A DNA stretch of 51,359 nucleotides from a virus (lineage: Duplodnaviria > Caudoviricetes), in IMG/VR virus record IMGVR_UViG_3300031519_004072, positions 1 through 51,359 of that record, one strand, 5' to 3'. Shown here one piece after another: positions 1 to 10,136 of the stretch. A program made the position numbers and the translations under genes. Below the pieces are notes generated by a model, which ran no database searches, was not told the origin of the DNA, and was given only the letters and a program-made list of their open reading frames with translations. Every line of letters begins with the position of its first letter. The first letter of the stretch is position 1.

Positions 1-7
1 TCTAAAG

Positions 8-673
8 ATGTGTTATGATCAAAATAAGTTTGTTCAACTACACACAGCTGCATCACATAGACCTATGGCGTGGTATGAAAAAGCATTTAAATCAAATCCA
101 AATGCAGTATGGCAGTTTGGTTTAGACGGACTCCCATATCAAAGTTTTGCATACAGAGAAAATCAAGACGGTGAGTATTTGTTTGATGTAATGTTAAAAG
201 CGAGAGATATGAATATTAAAGTAGTGTGGCAATATCTAGTATTTCAATATAATGAAGATAAGATTGATTTTGCAAAAAAATTAGCAGACAATCATGGAAT
301 AGAAATTGAAATACATCATACATCAAGAGTTAACGAAAGACTTAAACCTACAATTGAAATAGTAAAAGAAGAAGAAGAGGAAAAAGTATTTGTACCAAAG
401 TGTTTAAAAGACCCACAAGAAAGATCACCTTACTTAGCAGCCACAGGACAAATGTATCCATGTTGTTGGTTAGATGATAAACAAGTTGATGACCCCGAAT
501 ACAAATCATTACAAAATGAACAACTAAATATAAGACATAACAAAGTAGAAGATATTATTAATAGTGAAACCTGGCAAACATTTTACGACAACCTATCTAC
601 TGATAAGTGTCCTAGTTATTGTAAAAAGAAATGTACAACCAGTTTAAGAAATCCAACTAGGATTGTGAAATGA
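8..673 (+). CDS. Radical SAM/SPASM-type Fe-S protein, C-terminal part (probably 5'-truncated by the window edge)
   Basis: Frame is open back to base 2. Shows 'FGLDG...Y', 'VVWQYLVFQYNE' and a Cys-rich tail 'C...G.MYPCCW...C..YC.KKC' typical of SPASM/twitch; similar to 21966-22935. Confidence 0.7.
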   Translation: MCYDQNKFVQLHTAASHRPMAWYEKAFKSNPNAVWQFGLDGLPYQSFAYRENQDGEYLFDVMLKARDMNIKVVWQYLVFQYNEDKIDFAKKLADNHGIEIEIHHTSRVNERLKPTIEIVKEEEEEKVFVPKCLKDPQERSPYLAATGQMYPCCWLDDKQVDDPEYKSLQNEQLNIRHNKVEDIINSETWQTFYDNLSTDKCPSYCKKKCTTSLRNPTRIVK

Positions 674-2313
674 ACAAACAAGACGAACATTATTTAGGTA
701 ATCCATTACTCAAAAAAGCAAATCAGCAAATTGAATGGACTAAGGAACAACTTCAAGAGTATCAAAAGTGTATGGATGATCCACAATATTTTGTGGAAAG
801 CTATATTAAGATTGTATCACTTGATAAAGGATTAATTCCTTTTAAGATGTACAATTTTCAAAAAGATATGTTGGGTACTTTTCATAATAACAGATTTACA
901 ATTTGCAAACTACCACGACAGTCTGGTAAGTCAACAATCATGGTATCGTATCTATTACACTATGCATTGTTTAATGCCAATGTTAATATAGCAATTCTTG
1001 CCAATAAAGCTGCAACTGCAAGAGACTTATTAGGTAGACTACAACTTGGTTATGAGAATTTGCCTAAGTGGTTACAACAAGGTGTTTTATCATGGAACAA
1101 AGGTTCTCTTGAATTAGAAAATGGAAGTAAGATACTTGCAGCTTCAACATCAGCATCAGCAGTTCGAGGTAGTTCATTTAATATTATATTCCTTGATGAG
1201 TTTGCATTCGTACCATCTACCGTTGCCGAACAATTCTTTAGTTCAGTTTATCCTACAATATCTTCTGGTCAATCAACAAAAGTTATTATTGTATCTACAC
1301 CAATGGGAATGAATATGTTCTATAAGTTATGGAACGATGCAATTCATAAAAGAAATACTTACGTACCAATAGAGGTGCATTGGACAGAAATACCTGGTCG
1401 TGATGAAAAGTGGAAAAAAGAAACTATTGCTAACACTAGTGAACAACAATTCGCTTCAGAGTTTGAATGTGAATTTTTAGGAAGTACTAATACTCTTATC
1501 AATGCGTCTAAACTTAGAACAATGTCATACAAAGAACCCATAGAAAAAAGTGCTGGATTATCTTTATATGAAAGACCAATAAAAGATCACACATACTTTA
1601 TTACTGCTGACGTAGCAAGAGGAACAAAGAATGACTCTAGTGCTTTCATTTGTTTTGATGTAACAACTGTACCATATAAAATTGTTGCAGTATTTAAAGA
1701 CAATGAAATTAAACCATTAATGTTTCCAAATAAAATTAATCAAGTTGCAAGAGCATATAATCACGCATATGTTCTTACAGAGGTAAATGATATAGGACAA
1801 CAAGTAGCAGACACACTACACTTTGAATTAGAATATGATAATATTGTAATGTGTTACATGCGTGGTCGTGCTGGACAGATTATGGGTGGAGGGTTCTCTG
1901 GTACTAAAGGACAGTTAGGAGTTAGAACAACAAAGGCAGTTAAGAAGATTGGTTGTTCTAATATGAAACAAGTTATAGAAAACGACAAAATTATAATTGA
2001 AGACTTTGAAATAATTAATGAATTATCAACATTTATAATTAAAGGAAATCATTTTGAAGCAGAAGTCGGGTCTAATGATGACTTGGTTATGTGTATAGTA
2101 TTAATGTCGTGGGCAATGGATCAAAAGTATTTTAAAGAATTGACCGATGTTAATATTAGAGCAAACATGATGAAAGAACAACAAAAACAAATAGACAATG
2201 AAATGGCACCTTTCGGATTTATCGATGACGGAATAAATGACCCAAATGATGTAGATGAGTATGGTACTAAATGGTCACCAGTGAAGATTAGAGACTATGA
2301 AACAGATTGGTAA
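670..2313 (+). CDS. gp17: Terminase large subunit (T4 gp17)
   Basis: Walker A 'PRQSGKST', Walker B 'IIFLDEFAF', 'STPMG', nuclease 'DVARG' and 'NDDLVM'; T4 gene order. Confidence 0.97.
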   Translation: MNKQDEHYLGNPLLKKANQQIEWTKEQLQEYQKCMDDPQYFVESYIKIVSLDKGLIPFKMYNFQKDMLGTFHNNRFTICKLPRQSGKSTIMVSYLLHYALFNANVNIAILANKAATARDLLGRLQLGYENLPKWLQQGVLSWNKGSLELENGSKILAASTSASAVRGSSFNIIFLDEFAFVPSTVAEQFFSSVYPTISSGQSTKVIIVSTPMGMNMFYKLWNDAIHKRNTYVPIEVHWTEIPGRDEKWKKETIANTSEQQFASEFECEFLGSTNTLINASKLRTMSYKEPIEKSAGLSLYERPIKDHTYFITADVARGTKNDSSAFICFDVTTVPYKIVAVFKDNEIKPLMFPNKINQVARAYNHAYVLTEVNDIGQQVADTLHFELEYDNIVMCYMRGRAGQIMGGGFSGTKGQLGVRTTKAVKKIGCSNMKQVIENDKIIIEDFEIINELSTFIIKGNHFEAEVGSNDDLVMCIVLMSWAMDQKYFKELTDVNIRANMMKEQQKQIDNEMAPFGFIDDGINDPNDVDEYGTKWSPVKIRDYETDW

Positions 2314-2321
2314 AAAAGACC

Positions 2322-2350
2322 TTGACAATCAGATAAAATATCTGTATAGT
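2322..2350 (+). promoter_or_regulatory. Sigma70-type promoter TTGACA-N17-TATAGT
   Basis: TTGACA 2322-2327, TATAGT 2345-2350; ATG at 2359 with no Shine-Dalgarno, so probably a leaderless transcript. Confidence 0.8.
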
Positions 2351-2358
2351 ATAACAAT

Positions 2359-3060
2359 ATGAAAAAGATATTATTAACTAGTGGATGTAGTTTTACTGAA
2401 AAAAACTTTAAAAGTCTTTTTCACCCCGACATGGATACTAACTGGCCAATGTGGCCAGAAGTACTAGCAAAAAAATTAGATATGGAATGTATCAATCTTG
2501 GTCTGTCTGGTTCTGGTAATGAATATATCTATTCTACTTTATTGGATGAAATTGTTAAAAGAGATAATATAGGATTAGTAATTGCAGGTTGGACACAAAG
2601 TCAAAGAAGTGATTGGTGTAAAAGTGAAGTATGGCTAAATAAACCTATGCATTATAATAAATCAAAAAAGGGTGAAGTTGTCGACAACGATATATATGCT
2701 TGTCTAAATAAAAGTTTAAGATATTATTATAGTCTTCAAGAGGTGTGTAAGAGTAAAAAAATTCCTTTTAAACAATTTCAAATGTTACATTTGTTTCGTG
2801 GTTACACTTATGATTCTAAAACTGGTATTCATGACCTTAAAGTAGAAGACAGAATAGAGTTGTTAGAATACATAATGAATAGTTCTTATTTTGATAAAAT
2901 AGATGATAATTTTTTAGGTTGGCCTACTGATCCAAATCTAGGTGGTTATAATTTTAAACAAAAAGTTTTAAGCGAAAATACTCAAGTATCAAAAGAAGAT
3001 GCTCATCCAAACGCAAAAGGACAAGAAATGATAGCAGAGTTTGTATATGAAAGGTTATAG
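2359..3060 (+). CDS. SGNH/GDSL hydrolase-like protein
   Basis: Block I 'GCSFT', block II 'NLGLSGSGN', C-terminal 'DAHPN'; paralog of 27083-27922. Confidence 0.7.
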   Translation: MKKILLTSGCSFTEKNFKSLFHPDMDTNWPMWPEVLAKKLDMECINLGLSGSGNEYIYSTLLDEIVKRDNIGLVIAGWTQSQRSDWCKSEVWLNKPMHYNKSKKGEVVDNDIYACLNKSLRYYYSLQEVCKSKKIPFKQFQMLHLFRGYTYDSKTGIHDLKVEDRIELLEYIMNSSYFDKIDDNFLGWPTDPNLGGYNFKQKVLSENTQVSKEDAHPNAKGQEMIAEFVYERL

Positions 3061-3354
3061 AAGTTCGATTAAATCATTATCTAACTTGATCCAACAATTA
3101 TGACAAAGTATTTTAGAGTTTTCAATCAATTTTACAATCTCGTCTCTAGCGTCTGTATTGATACCAGTTATTTTAGATTTCTTTCTGATCTCAGCATCAT
3201 GAGGATGAAATTTAAGACAAATAGTTTCACTTTCACCACATTGCATACAAGAGGATGTGTCTAAGTGTTTATTAACCCAGGAAACTCTCTTAGAATAGTT
3301 CCTACGAGCTACTTTTTTGATAGTTTCTTTATATTTTTGATAATGTGTTTGCAT
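3055..3354 (-). CDS. HNH-like zinc-finger protein, possibly catalytically degenerate
   Basis: CxxC 'CMQCGES..CLKFH' and 'LCHNC' pattern; ATG at 3354 follows a minus-strand TATAAATA. Confidence 0.7.
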   Translation of the reverse strand: MQTHYQKYKETIKKVARRNYSKRVSWVNKHLDTSSCMQCGESETICLKFHPHDAEIRKKSKITGINTDARDEIVKLIENSKILCHNCWIKLDNDLIELL

Positions 3355-3360
3355 ATTCAA

Positions 3361-3368
3361 TATTTATA
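3361..3368 (-). promoter_or_regulatory. T4 late promoter TATAAATA (minus strand) for the HNH-like gene
   Basis: tatttata at 3361-3368 reads TATAAATA on the minus strand, 6 nt before the ATG. Confidence 0.7.
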
Positions 3369-3411
3369 TATACTAGAGCATATAAAAACAGCATGTAGAA
3401 AATTACTTTTC

Positions 3412-3419
3412 TATAAATA
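3412..3419 (+). promoter_or_regulatory. T4 late promoter TATAAATA for gp18
   Basis: Exact consensus upstream of the AGGAG RBS and the gp18 start. Confidence 0.8.
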
Positions 3420-3481
3420 CATGTATAAAACAAATATTATTCGAATAATATTAGCAAGACTAATTAACAAGGAGAACAACG

Positions 3482-5488
3482 ATGCCATTTTTAGTTTCAC
3501 CTGGCGTACAGGTAAATGAAACCGATTTAACGAATGTCGTTCCAGCAGTTGCAACATCTATTGGTGCTATTGCAGGTGCATTCGAAAAAGGCCCTGTTTC
3601 CAGCATACAAACGATATCTACTGAGCAAGACTTAGTAAGATTATTTGGAAAACCAAATGCATCAAACTACGAAAACTGGTTCTGTGCTGCAAACTTTTTG
3701 CAATACGGAAACTCACTAAGAGTAGTTAGAGCAGAATCTGGTATCTTAAATGCAGGTGCAAACAGTGGTATATTAATCAGAGACGACAATCACTATTCAC
3801 AATCTTTCGCAGACGGACAAGGTTCGCATGGCGAATGGGCTGCTAGATCAGCAGGTACATGGGGTAACTCAATAGGAGTTGCAATTTGTGCTACAGCAAC
3901 AGCATACGAACAAGTATTATCTTCAGGTAACTTAACAGTTGGCGAAGACGCAGCTGGTGCTACAACAATAGCAGTTGACGATGCTGACTTATCAAACAAC
4001 GTAATTAACGTTGGAGATTTTATTTCTTTCTTTTCAGATAGTGCTGGAACAACACCAGTTTCTGGTGAGACAGGAAACGAATACGAAGTAACTGCAATAT
4101 CTTCAGATAATTTAACAGTAAGACTAAAAGACGATCCAAACGGTGCAGGTGTACAAAACATTATACCTGATAACTCATACATCAAAAGAAAATGGAGATT
4201 CCATGATCTTTTCGATAGAGCGCCAGGAACATCACCATGGTCTACTCAAAACTCAAAAGGAACAGCTGATGAAATGCATGTTGTCGTTTATGACACAACT
4301 GGTGCAATCACTGGTTTTGATACAGACGCAGCTGGACAAAGAACAAGAGGTGTTATAGAAACATACCCAGCAGTATCTAAACATCCTAACGCAAAAACAC
4401 CACAAGGTAATTCAAACTTTTACCCCGATGTTTTCTTTGCACAATCAACTATGATTTATTGGTCAGACCATACAAGTGGTGGTTCAAATTGGGGAACAGA
4501 TATTAGTTCAGGTACAGCATTTACAGCTGTAGATGCACCAGTAGTTGATTCACTAACAGGTGGAACAGATGACTATTCATTAACTAATGCTGAAATTTCA
4601 ACTGCTTATAACAGATATGACGATGCAGAAGCAAATGATGTTAACTTAATCATTGGTGGATCATCTTCAATCGCAGCTGATACTCAAGCAAACTATGATA
4701 CGCATGGAACAATGTTGATCGCTCTTGCAGAAGCAAGAAAAGATGCAATGTGTTTTATATCGCCTCATAGAGCAGCGACAGTAGGAGTAGCAGAAGGTTC
4801 GACTATGAAAACAAATGTTGTAAATGCCGCAAACACTTTACCAAGTTCTTCATACGCAGTTCTTGATAGTGGATACAAATACATGTACGACAGATATAAT
4901 GACGTTTATAGATATGTACCACTTAACGGTGATATCGCTGGATTGTGTGCTAGAACAGACTCAGTTGCAGAAGTATTCTTCTCACCCGCTGGATTTAACA
5001 GAGGTGTGTTAAGAGGTGCAATTAAACTTTCTTTCAATCCTAACCAATCTCAAAGAGACGATCTTTATTCAGCAAGAGTTAACCCTGTTGTTAATTTCCC
5101 TGGCCAAGGTCCAACTTTATTTGGTGATAAAACTGCCTTGACAACTACGTCAGCATTTGATAGAATAAACGTAAGAAGACTGTTTATAGTTCTAGAAAAA
5201 GCAATTGCAACTGCTTCTAAATTTCAATTATTTGAAGTTAACGATGCATTCACAAGAGCTCAGTTTAAAAACTTAGTAGAACCATTCCTAAGAGACATTC
5301 AAGGTCGAAGAGGAATTGAGGCTTTCCAAGTTGTTGCTGATGGAACAAACAATACAGGTGAAGTAATTAACAGAAACGAATTTGTTTCAGACATTTATGT
5401 TAAACCAAATCGTTCTATTAACTTCATAACACTAAACTTTGTTGCAACTAGATCAGGTGTAGCGTTTAGTGAAGTAGGAGGCGTGTAA
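3482..5488 (+). CDS. gp18: Tail sheath protein (T4 gp18)
   Basis: N-terminus 'LVSPGVQVNETDLT'; C-terminal 'SPAGFNRG', 'FGDKT...SAFDRINVRRLF', 'KPNRSINFITLNFVATR'. Confidence 0.97.
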   Translation: MPFLVSPGVQVNETDLTNVVPAVATSIGAIAGAFEKGPVSSIQTISTEQDLVRLFGKPNASNYENWFCAANFLQYGNSLRVVRAESGILNAGANSGILIRDDNHYSQSFADGQGSHGEWAARSAGTWGNSIGVAICATATAYEQVLSSGNLTVGEDAAGATTIAVDDADLSNNVINVGDFISFFSDSAGTTPVSGETGNEYEVTAISSDNLTVRLKDDPNGAGVQNIIPDNSYIKRKWRFHDLFDRAPGTSPWSTQNSKGTADEMHVVVYDTTGAITGFDTDAAGQRTRGVIETYPAVSKHPNAKTPQGNSNFYPDVFFAQSTMIYWSDHTSGGSNWGTDISSGTAFTAVDAPVVDSLTGGTDDYSLTNAEISTAYNRYDDAEANDVNLIIGGSSSIAADTQANYDTHGTMLIALAEARKDAMCFISPHRAATVGVAEGSTMKTNVVNAANTLPSSSYAVLDSGYKYMYDRYNDVYRYVPLNGDIAGLCARTDSVAEVFFSPAGFNRGVLRGAIKLSFNPNQSQRDDLYSARVNPVVNFPGQGPTLFGDKTALTTTSAFDRINVRRLFIVLEKAIATASKFQLFEVNDAFTRAQFKNLVEPFLRDIQGRRGIEAFQVVADGTNNTGEVINRNEFVSDIYVKPNRSINFITLNFVATRSGVAFSEVGGV

Positions 5489-5489
5489 G

Positions 5490-6020
5490 ATGGCTAGTAT
5501 AGATGACTTTAAAGCACAACTAAAAGGTGGCGGAGCAAGACCCAATCAGTTTAGGGTAACTATCGTACCACCAATTGGTATTGTTACAGGACTTAACGTA
5601 GCAAACTCTTCATTTCTTTGTAAGGCTTCTAAGTTACCAGGTCAAACACTTGGTGAAATAGAAGTACCTTTCAGAGGTAGAAAAATCTATGTCGCAGGCG
5701 ACAGAGAGTTCGAAACATGGAATGCAACATTTATGAACGATACAGATTTTAATATTCGTACAGCAATGGAACGTTGGATGAACGGTATTAATGATCTTGC
5801 AGATAACACAGGTGTTATTTCTTCTGCTGATTATCAATCTGATTTAACAGTTGAACAATTAGACAGAGACGGAACAACATTGAAATCGTATATATTCAGA
5901 AATGCGTACCCACTAACTTTGGCAGACATTGAATTGTCTTACGAAACGGTGAACGCAATTGAAGAATTTGAGGTGACTTGGAGATATCAACACTTTGAAG
6001 CAAGTGGCGTTAACTTTTAA
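5490..6020 (+). CDS. gp19: Tail tube protein (T4 gp19)
   Basis: 'GGGARPNQF', 'PFRGR...AGDREFETW', 'IEEFEVTW.Y'; follows gp18. Confidence 0.95.
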   Translation: MASIDDFKAQLKGGGARPNQFRVTIVPPIGIVTGLNVANSSFLCKASKLPGQTLGEIEVPFRGRKIYVAGDREFETWNATFMNDTDFNIRTAMERWMNGINDLADNTGVISSADYQSDLTVEQLDRDGTTLKSYIFRNAYPLTLADIELSYETVNAIEEFEVTWRYQHFEASGVNF

Positions 6021-6027
6021 GCAACCT

Positions 6028-6035
6028 ACTAAATA
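6028..6035 (+). promoter_or_regulatory. Late promoter variant ACTAAATA upstream of portal
   Basis: Near-consensus late box upstream of AGGAG and ATG 6065; the same variant occurs at 7649 and 13865. Confidence 0.6.
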
Positions 6036-6064
6036 GTAATAAGTAAAACAAGTAGGAGTACATT

Positions 6065-7657
6065 ATGGCAGAGCTATTCGGATTTAAGTTCGAAAGAGTA
6101 AAAGATACACAACCAGAAGACAAATTTGTTCAGAAATCACCCGATGACGGCACGACCGAGATATCAGGTGGTGGACACTTTGCTCAAGTGTTGGATATCG
6201 ATGGTCGAGATAAAAATGATCTTGATCTCATTAGACGATACAGAGACATTGGACAACAACCAGAGTGTGATAGTGCAATTGAAGATATCGTAAATGAGGC
6301 TATCGTTTCAGACGAAAGAGATAAATCCGTAGAGATAGTTTTAGACAATCTACAATATTCAGACAAAATTAAAAAAAGTATGAGAGACGCATTCGATGAT
6401 GTTCTCTCATTACTTGATTTTGATTCTAAAGGACACGATATCTTTAGACGTTGGTATGTAGATGGTAGATTATTTTATCATAAAATTATTAATTCAAAAA
6501 ACCCTAAACTAGGTATTCAAGAAGTAAGATATATTGATCCTAGAAAAATCAGAAAAGTAAAAGCAGTTCAAAAAGTACCAGGCCCTCAAGGTTCTGTTAT
6601 TGTTAAAGATGAACAAGATTATTATCTTTACAATGAGAAGATGTTAAAAGGTATGATGAACCAAGGTATGAGAATATCAGACGATGCAATTACATATGTT
6701 CAATCTGGTTTGATTGATGCAAATAAAAATCAAGTATTATCTTATCTGCACAAAGCAATTAAACCTGTCAATCAATTAAGAATGATTGAAGACAGTCTTG
6801 TTATTTACAGAATATCAAGAGCACCAGAAAGAAGAATTTTCTATATTGATGTAGGTAATTTACCTAAACAAAAAGCAGAGCAATATCTAAAAGATGTTAT
6901 GAACAGGTACAGAAACAAACTTGTTTATGATGCAAGAACAGGTGAGATCAGAGACGATAGAAATCACATGTCAATGTTAGAAGACTTTTGGTTACCAAGA
7001 AGAGAAGGTGGTAGAGGAACAGAAATTACTACACTACCAGGTGGATCAAACTTAGGCGAGATAGATGACATTACATACTTCCAAAGAAAACTATACAGAA
7101 GTTTAAATGTTCCTATTTCAAGATTAGAAGCAGAGCAATCATTCTCACTAGGTAGATCAACAGAGATTACTAGAGACGAATTAAAATTTACTAAGTTCAT
7201 TCAAAGAATAAGAAAGAAATTTGTACCACTATTCTTAGACATGTTGAAAACACAATTAGTTTTAAAAGGTGTTATCAATATTGAAGAGTGGGGAAAAATC
7301 AAAGAGCATATTCAGTTTGACTTCTTAAAGGATGGTCATTTCTCAGAATTAAAAGCTCAAGAGTTATTAAACGAAAGAATTAATATGTTAGGATCAGTAG
7401 AGAATTATATTGGTACTTTCTTTAGTAAAGAATTTGTTTATAAGAATGTATTGAAAATGACAGACTATGAGATCAAAGAAATACAGAAACAAATAAACAA
7501 AGAAGCTGGATCAGATATTGAAGACGGTGGTGTTGATATTCCTCAAACAGACGGAATTACAAGAGTACCATCATTTGCCGGCGAGCCAATTGAAGACGAT
7601 GGCAAAGGTGCATCAGACTCCGATAAGGATGACGGTGCTGATACGGATACTAAATAA
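6065..7657 (+). CDS. gp20: Portal vertex protein (T4 gp20)
   Basis: 'RRWYVDGR', 'YRISRAPERRIFYIDVGNLPK.KAEQYL', 'MLEDFWLPRREGGRGTEITTLPGG'. Confidence 0.97.
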   Translation: MAELFGFKFERVKDTQPEDKFVQKSPDDGTTEISGGGHFAQVLDIDGRDKNDLDLIRRYRDIGQQPECDSAIEDIVNEAIVSDERDKSVEIVLDNLQYSDKIKKSMRDAFDDVLSLLDFDSKGHDIFRRWYVDGRLFYHKIINSKNPKLGIQEVRYIDPRKIRKVKAVQKVPGPQGSVIVKDEQDYYLYNEKMLKGMMNQGMRISDDAITYVQSGLIDANKNQVLSYLHKAIKPVNQLRMIEDSLVIYRISRAPERRIFYIDVGNLPKQKAEQYLKDVMNRYRNKLVYDARTGEIRDDRNHMSMLEDFWLPRREGGRGTEITTLPGGSNLGEIDDITYFQRKLYRSLNVPISRLEAEQSFSLGRSTEITRDELKFTKFIQRIRKKFVPLFLDMLKTQLVLKGVINIEEWGKIKEHIQFDFLKDGHFSELKAQELLNERINMLGSVENYIGTFFSKEFVYKNVLKMTDYEIKEIQKQINKEAGSDIEDGGVDIPQTDGITRVPSFAGEPIEDDGKGASDSDKDDGADTDTK

Positions 7658-7678
7658 TACATAAACAGGAGATAAATT

Positions 7679-7870
7679 ATGCCAGATAAAATAATAGATG
7701 CATTAGCAAAAGGTAGTCACCTTGATGCTGAAGATGCGTTTAAAGGTGCAATGAAAAGTAAGATTGCAGACGCAATCGAAACTAAAAAGCAGGAAGTCGC
7801 AAGAGATATAGTCAATAGTCATATCGATGCAACCCCAGCTGAAGTACCAGCGACAGAAACAGAAAGTTAA
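7679..7870 (+). CDS. Small prohead core protein (gp67-like by position)
   Basis: 63 aa directly after the portal gene, AGGAG RBS, late box at 7649-7656. Confidence 0.55.
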   Translation: MPDKIIDALAKGSHLDAEDAFKGAMKSKIADAIETKKQEVARDIVNSHIDATPAEVPATETES

Positions 7871-7874
7871 TAAA

Positions 7875-8123
7875 ATGGACTTTGCTTCCCTATATTCATC
7901 AATTACAGAGAAAGATGAACATAAGAAATCCAAAGAATACAGAAAACAATCGCCTAAAATGAAGAAAGCGATTGATGATTTATTTAAAAAAATGGATTCT
8001 AAGGGTAGTAATTTCCTAAATAACTTTGAGAAGACTATAACAGACGTTGCAAAGAAACATAGAGTACCTGAAAAGAAACTATATGATTACTTTGAAAAAG
8101 AAGCGTCTGATTTTATGAATTAA
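7875..8123 (+). CDS. Hypothetical head-module protein (gp68-like position)
   Basis: Likely start is ATG 7875 after the upstream stop; highly charged, with an N-terminal 'ITE' gp21-type cleavage motif. Confidence 0.55.
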   Translation: MDFASLYSSITEKDEHKKSKEYRKQSPKMKKAIDDLFKKMDSKGSNFLNNFEKTITDVAKKHRVPEKKLYDYFEKEASDFMN

Positions 8124-8136
8124 AAAGGAATAACAA

Positions 8137-8523
8137 ATGGCAATTGCAACACAAACATTAGTAGATTCAGACTTTGAAGTAGTTACTAAACATACAATTA
8201 CAGGAACAAACGGAACAGCATTGAAAGTTCTTGACGTATCCGAATTGGCAGGAGCTGCTACTAATCCTAGAGTTTCAATTGTTTCAATTTGGTGGACATG
8301 TAGTTCAGTAACAGAAATAGAATGGAATGCTAGTTCTAACGTAACAGCGTTTACATTAAACGGAAACGGACACTATAACCACACAGGTCAAGGTGCTCCT
8401 ACAATAGCAAATAATGCTGGATCAGGCGTAGATGGCGATATCTATATAGAAAACGATGGTGCTTGTACTGGTACAGTAATTATGAAATGCAAAAAGGTAT
8501 CGGGTTTCGATAATATTCAATAA
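8137..8523 (+). CDS. Hypothetical beta-rich head-module protein
   Basis: AAGGA RBS; stop overlaps the gp21 start (TAATG). Confidence 0.6.
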   Translation: MAIATQTLVDSDFEVVTKHTITGTNGTALKVLDVSELAGAATNPRVSIVSIWWTCSSVTEIEWNASSNVTAFTLNGNGHYNHTGQGAPTIANNAGSGVDGDIYIENDGACTGTVIMKCKKVSGFDNIQ

Positions 8524-9182
8524 TGGAAACAGTTAAACTAATCACAGAAGCAAACGATTTCTCTCAAGATAATTTTCTTATCGAAGAAAAAGATGGTAAG
8601 AAAAATTATAAGATCAGAGGAATTTTCATGCAATCAAACATTAAGAATAGAAATGGTAGAGTATATCCAAAAGATATCTTAATGAAAGAAGTTAAATCTT
8701 ACAACAAAGAATTTATCGAAAAGAATAGAGCATTCGGTGAGTTAGGACACCCAGAAGGTCCAACAGTAAATCTTGATAGAGTATCACACATGATTACTAA
8801 ACTAGAAGCAGACGGAGATAACTTTGTCGGCGAAGCAAAAATAATGGATACACCAATGGGTAAGATCGTAAAAAATCTTATGGACGAAGGTGCAACATTA
8901 GGAGTTTCATCTAGAGGTATGGGATCACTAGATCAAAGAGGCGCTGCTAACTATGTAAGATCAGATTTTAAATTAGCAACAGCAGGTGATATCGTATCTG
9001 ACCCATCAGCACCAAGTGCTTTCGTTGAAGGCATAATGGAAGGCAAAGAGTGGGTTTGGGATCATGGAAGTTTAATTGAATCTCATGTTGCAGAAGCAAA
9101 AGCAAGAATAGAAGCGAAAGCAAAAGCAAGACAAAATATTGAAGCAAGTTTAGAATTTGCAAAATTTTTAAAACAGTTATAA
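8523..9182 (+). CDS. gp21: Prohead core protease (T4 gp21)
   Basis: 'KNRNGRVYP', 'GELGHP', 'LGVSSRGMGSL', 'DIVSDPSAPSAFV'. Confidence 0.96.
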   Translation: METVKLITEANDFSQDNFLIEEKDGKKNYKIRGIFMQSNIKNRNGRVYPKDILMKEVKSYNKEFIEKNRAFGELGHPEGPTVNLDRVSHMITKLEADGDNFVGEAKIMDTPMGKIVKNLMDEGATLGVSSRGMGSLDQRGAANYVRSDFKLATAGDIVSDPSAPSAFVEGIMEGKEWVWDHGSLIESHVAEAKARIEAKAKARQNIEASLEFAKFLKQL

Positions 9183-9194
9183 TTAGGAGAAATT

Positions 9195-10130
9195 ATGAGT
9201 ATTAAAGTAAATTGGTTGATTGCACACAAACCTGTAAATCTGTTCATTAGAACAGCTAAAGCGTTTCAAGAAGCAATCAAAGATGCAACAAAAGGAAAAT
9301 ACGAAATCGTAATTCACGAAAAAGAAAGTGAAGAACATTTTGAAGCTGAAACAGGTAAGTTACCTGTAACTGCGTTATCGTGCAATGACTATCAAATGTC
9401 ACAAACCGAAGTTTATAAAATCGGTCAAATGCATGATGGTGTAAAAGATTTTCTAGCATTAGATTTACCATTCTTATTTGAATCACACGATCATTGTTCA
9501 AAAGCAATGGAAGGTGATCTAGGTGATGAATTAAATTTTAAATTATCTCATCATCTAAATGTACAAGGATTAGCATACACATATTCAGGTGGATACAGAA
9601 ACTTTGGGTCTAATACTAAAATTTCAAATTTGGCTGATCTACAAAACTCTAATAAAATTAAAGTTGGTGGAAATCCTGTTTGCCAAGATTACATTAAAGA
9701 GCTTGGTGTAGAAACTTCAAAACAAGTTATTCAATCAAATACAGAGTGGTTGGAAATGTCAGACTTGGAAGCAGAGTCAGTTGAAAATACTTACACTAGA
9801 TTTCCCAAAGCTAAATATTGGTTGAACACAAACCATAACATGTTTATTACAGACATCATGGTATCAAATGATTTCTGGTCAACTTTGTCAGATGAAGATC
9901 AAGAAATTTTTAGAAAGACAGCTATTGAAGTTGCAAGACTAGAAAGAAAATGGTCTGAGGAAGATCATGAAAACTATGAGTTAGAAGCAAAGAAACATGG
10001 TAAGACTATTACAAAAATTTCTGAAGAAGACAAAATTAAGATGAAAGAAAAAGCAATTCCTATATATGAAAAATGGGAAAAGATATTTTCAGATTCATTG
10101 ATTTCTAAAGTTAAGTCATACGCAGCTTAG
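9195..10130 (+). CDS. dctP: TRAP transporter substrate-binding protein DctP-like, no signal peptide
   Basis: 'AKAFQEAIKDATKGKYEIVI', 'ALDLPFLFES.DH', 'YSGGYRNF', 'SNDFWSTLSDEDQEIFRKTA'; AGGAG RBS. Confidence 0.8.
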   Translation: MSIKVNWLIAHKPVNLFIRTAKAFQEAIKDATKGKYEIVIHEKESEEHFEAETGKLPVTALSCNDYQMSQTEVYKIGQMHDGVKDFLALDLPFLFESHDHCSKAMEGDLGDELNFKLSHHLNVQGLAYTYSGGYRNFGSNTKISNLADLQNSNKIKVGGNPVCQDYIKELGVETSKQVIQSNTEWLEMSDLEAESVENTYTRFPKAKYWLNTNHNMFITDIMVSNDFWSTLSDEDQEIFRKTAIEVARLERKWSEEDHENYELEAKKHGKTITKISEEDKIKMKEKAIPIYEKWEKIFSDSLISKVKSYAA

Positions 10131-10136
10131 AAATCT

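Noticed and set aside
3265-3519. ORF-track 84-aa plus-strand ORF
   Set aside because: It overlaps the HNH-like gene, both late promoters and the gp18 start; no RBS or recognisable motif.
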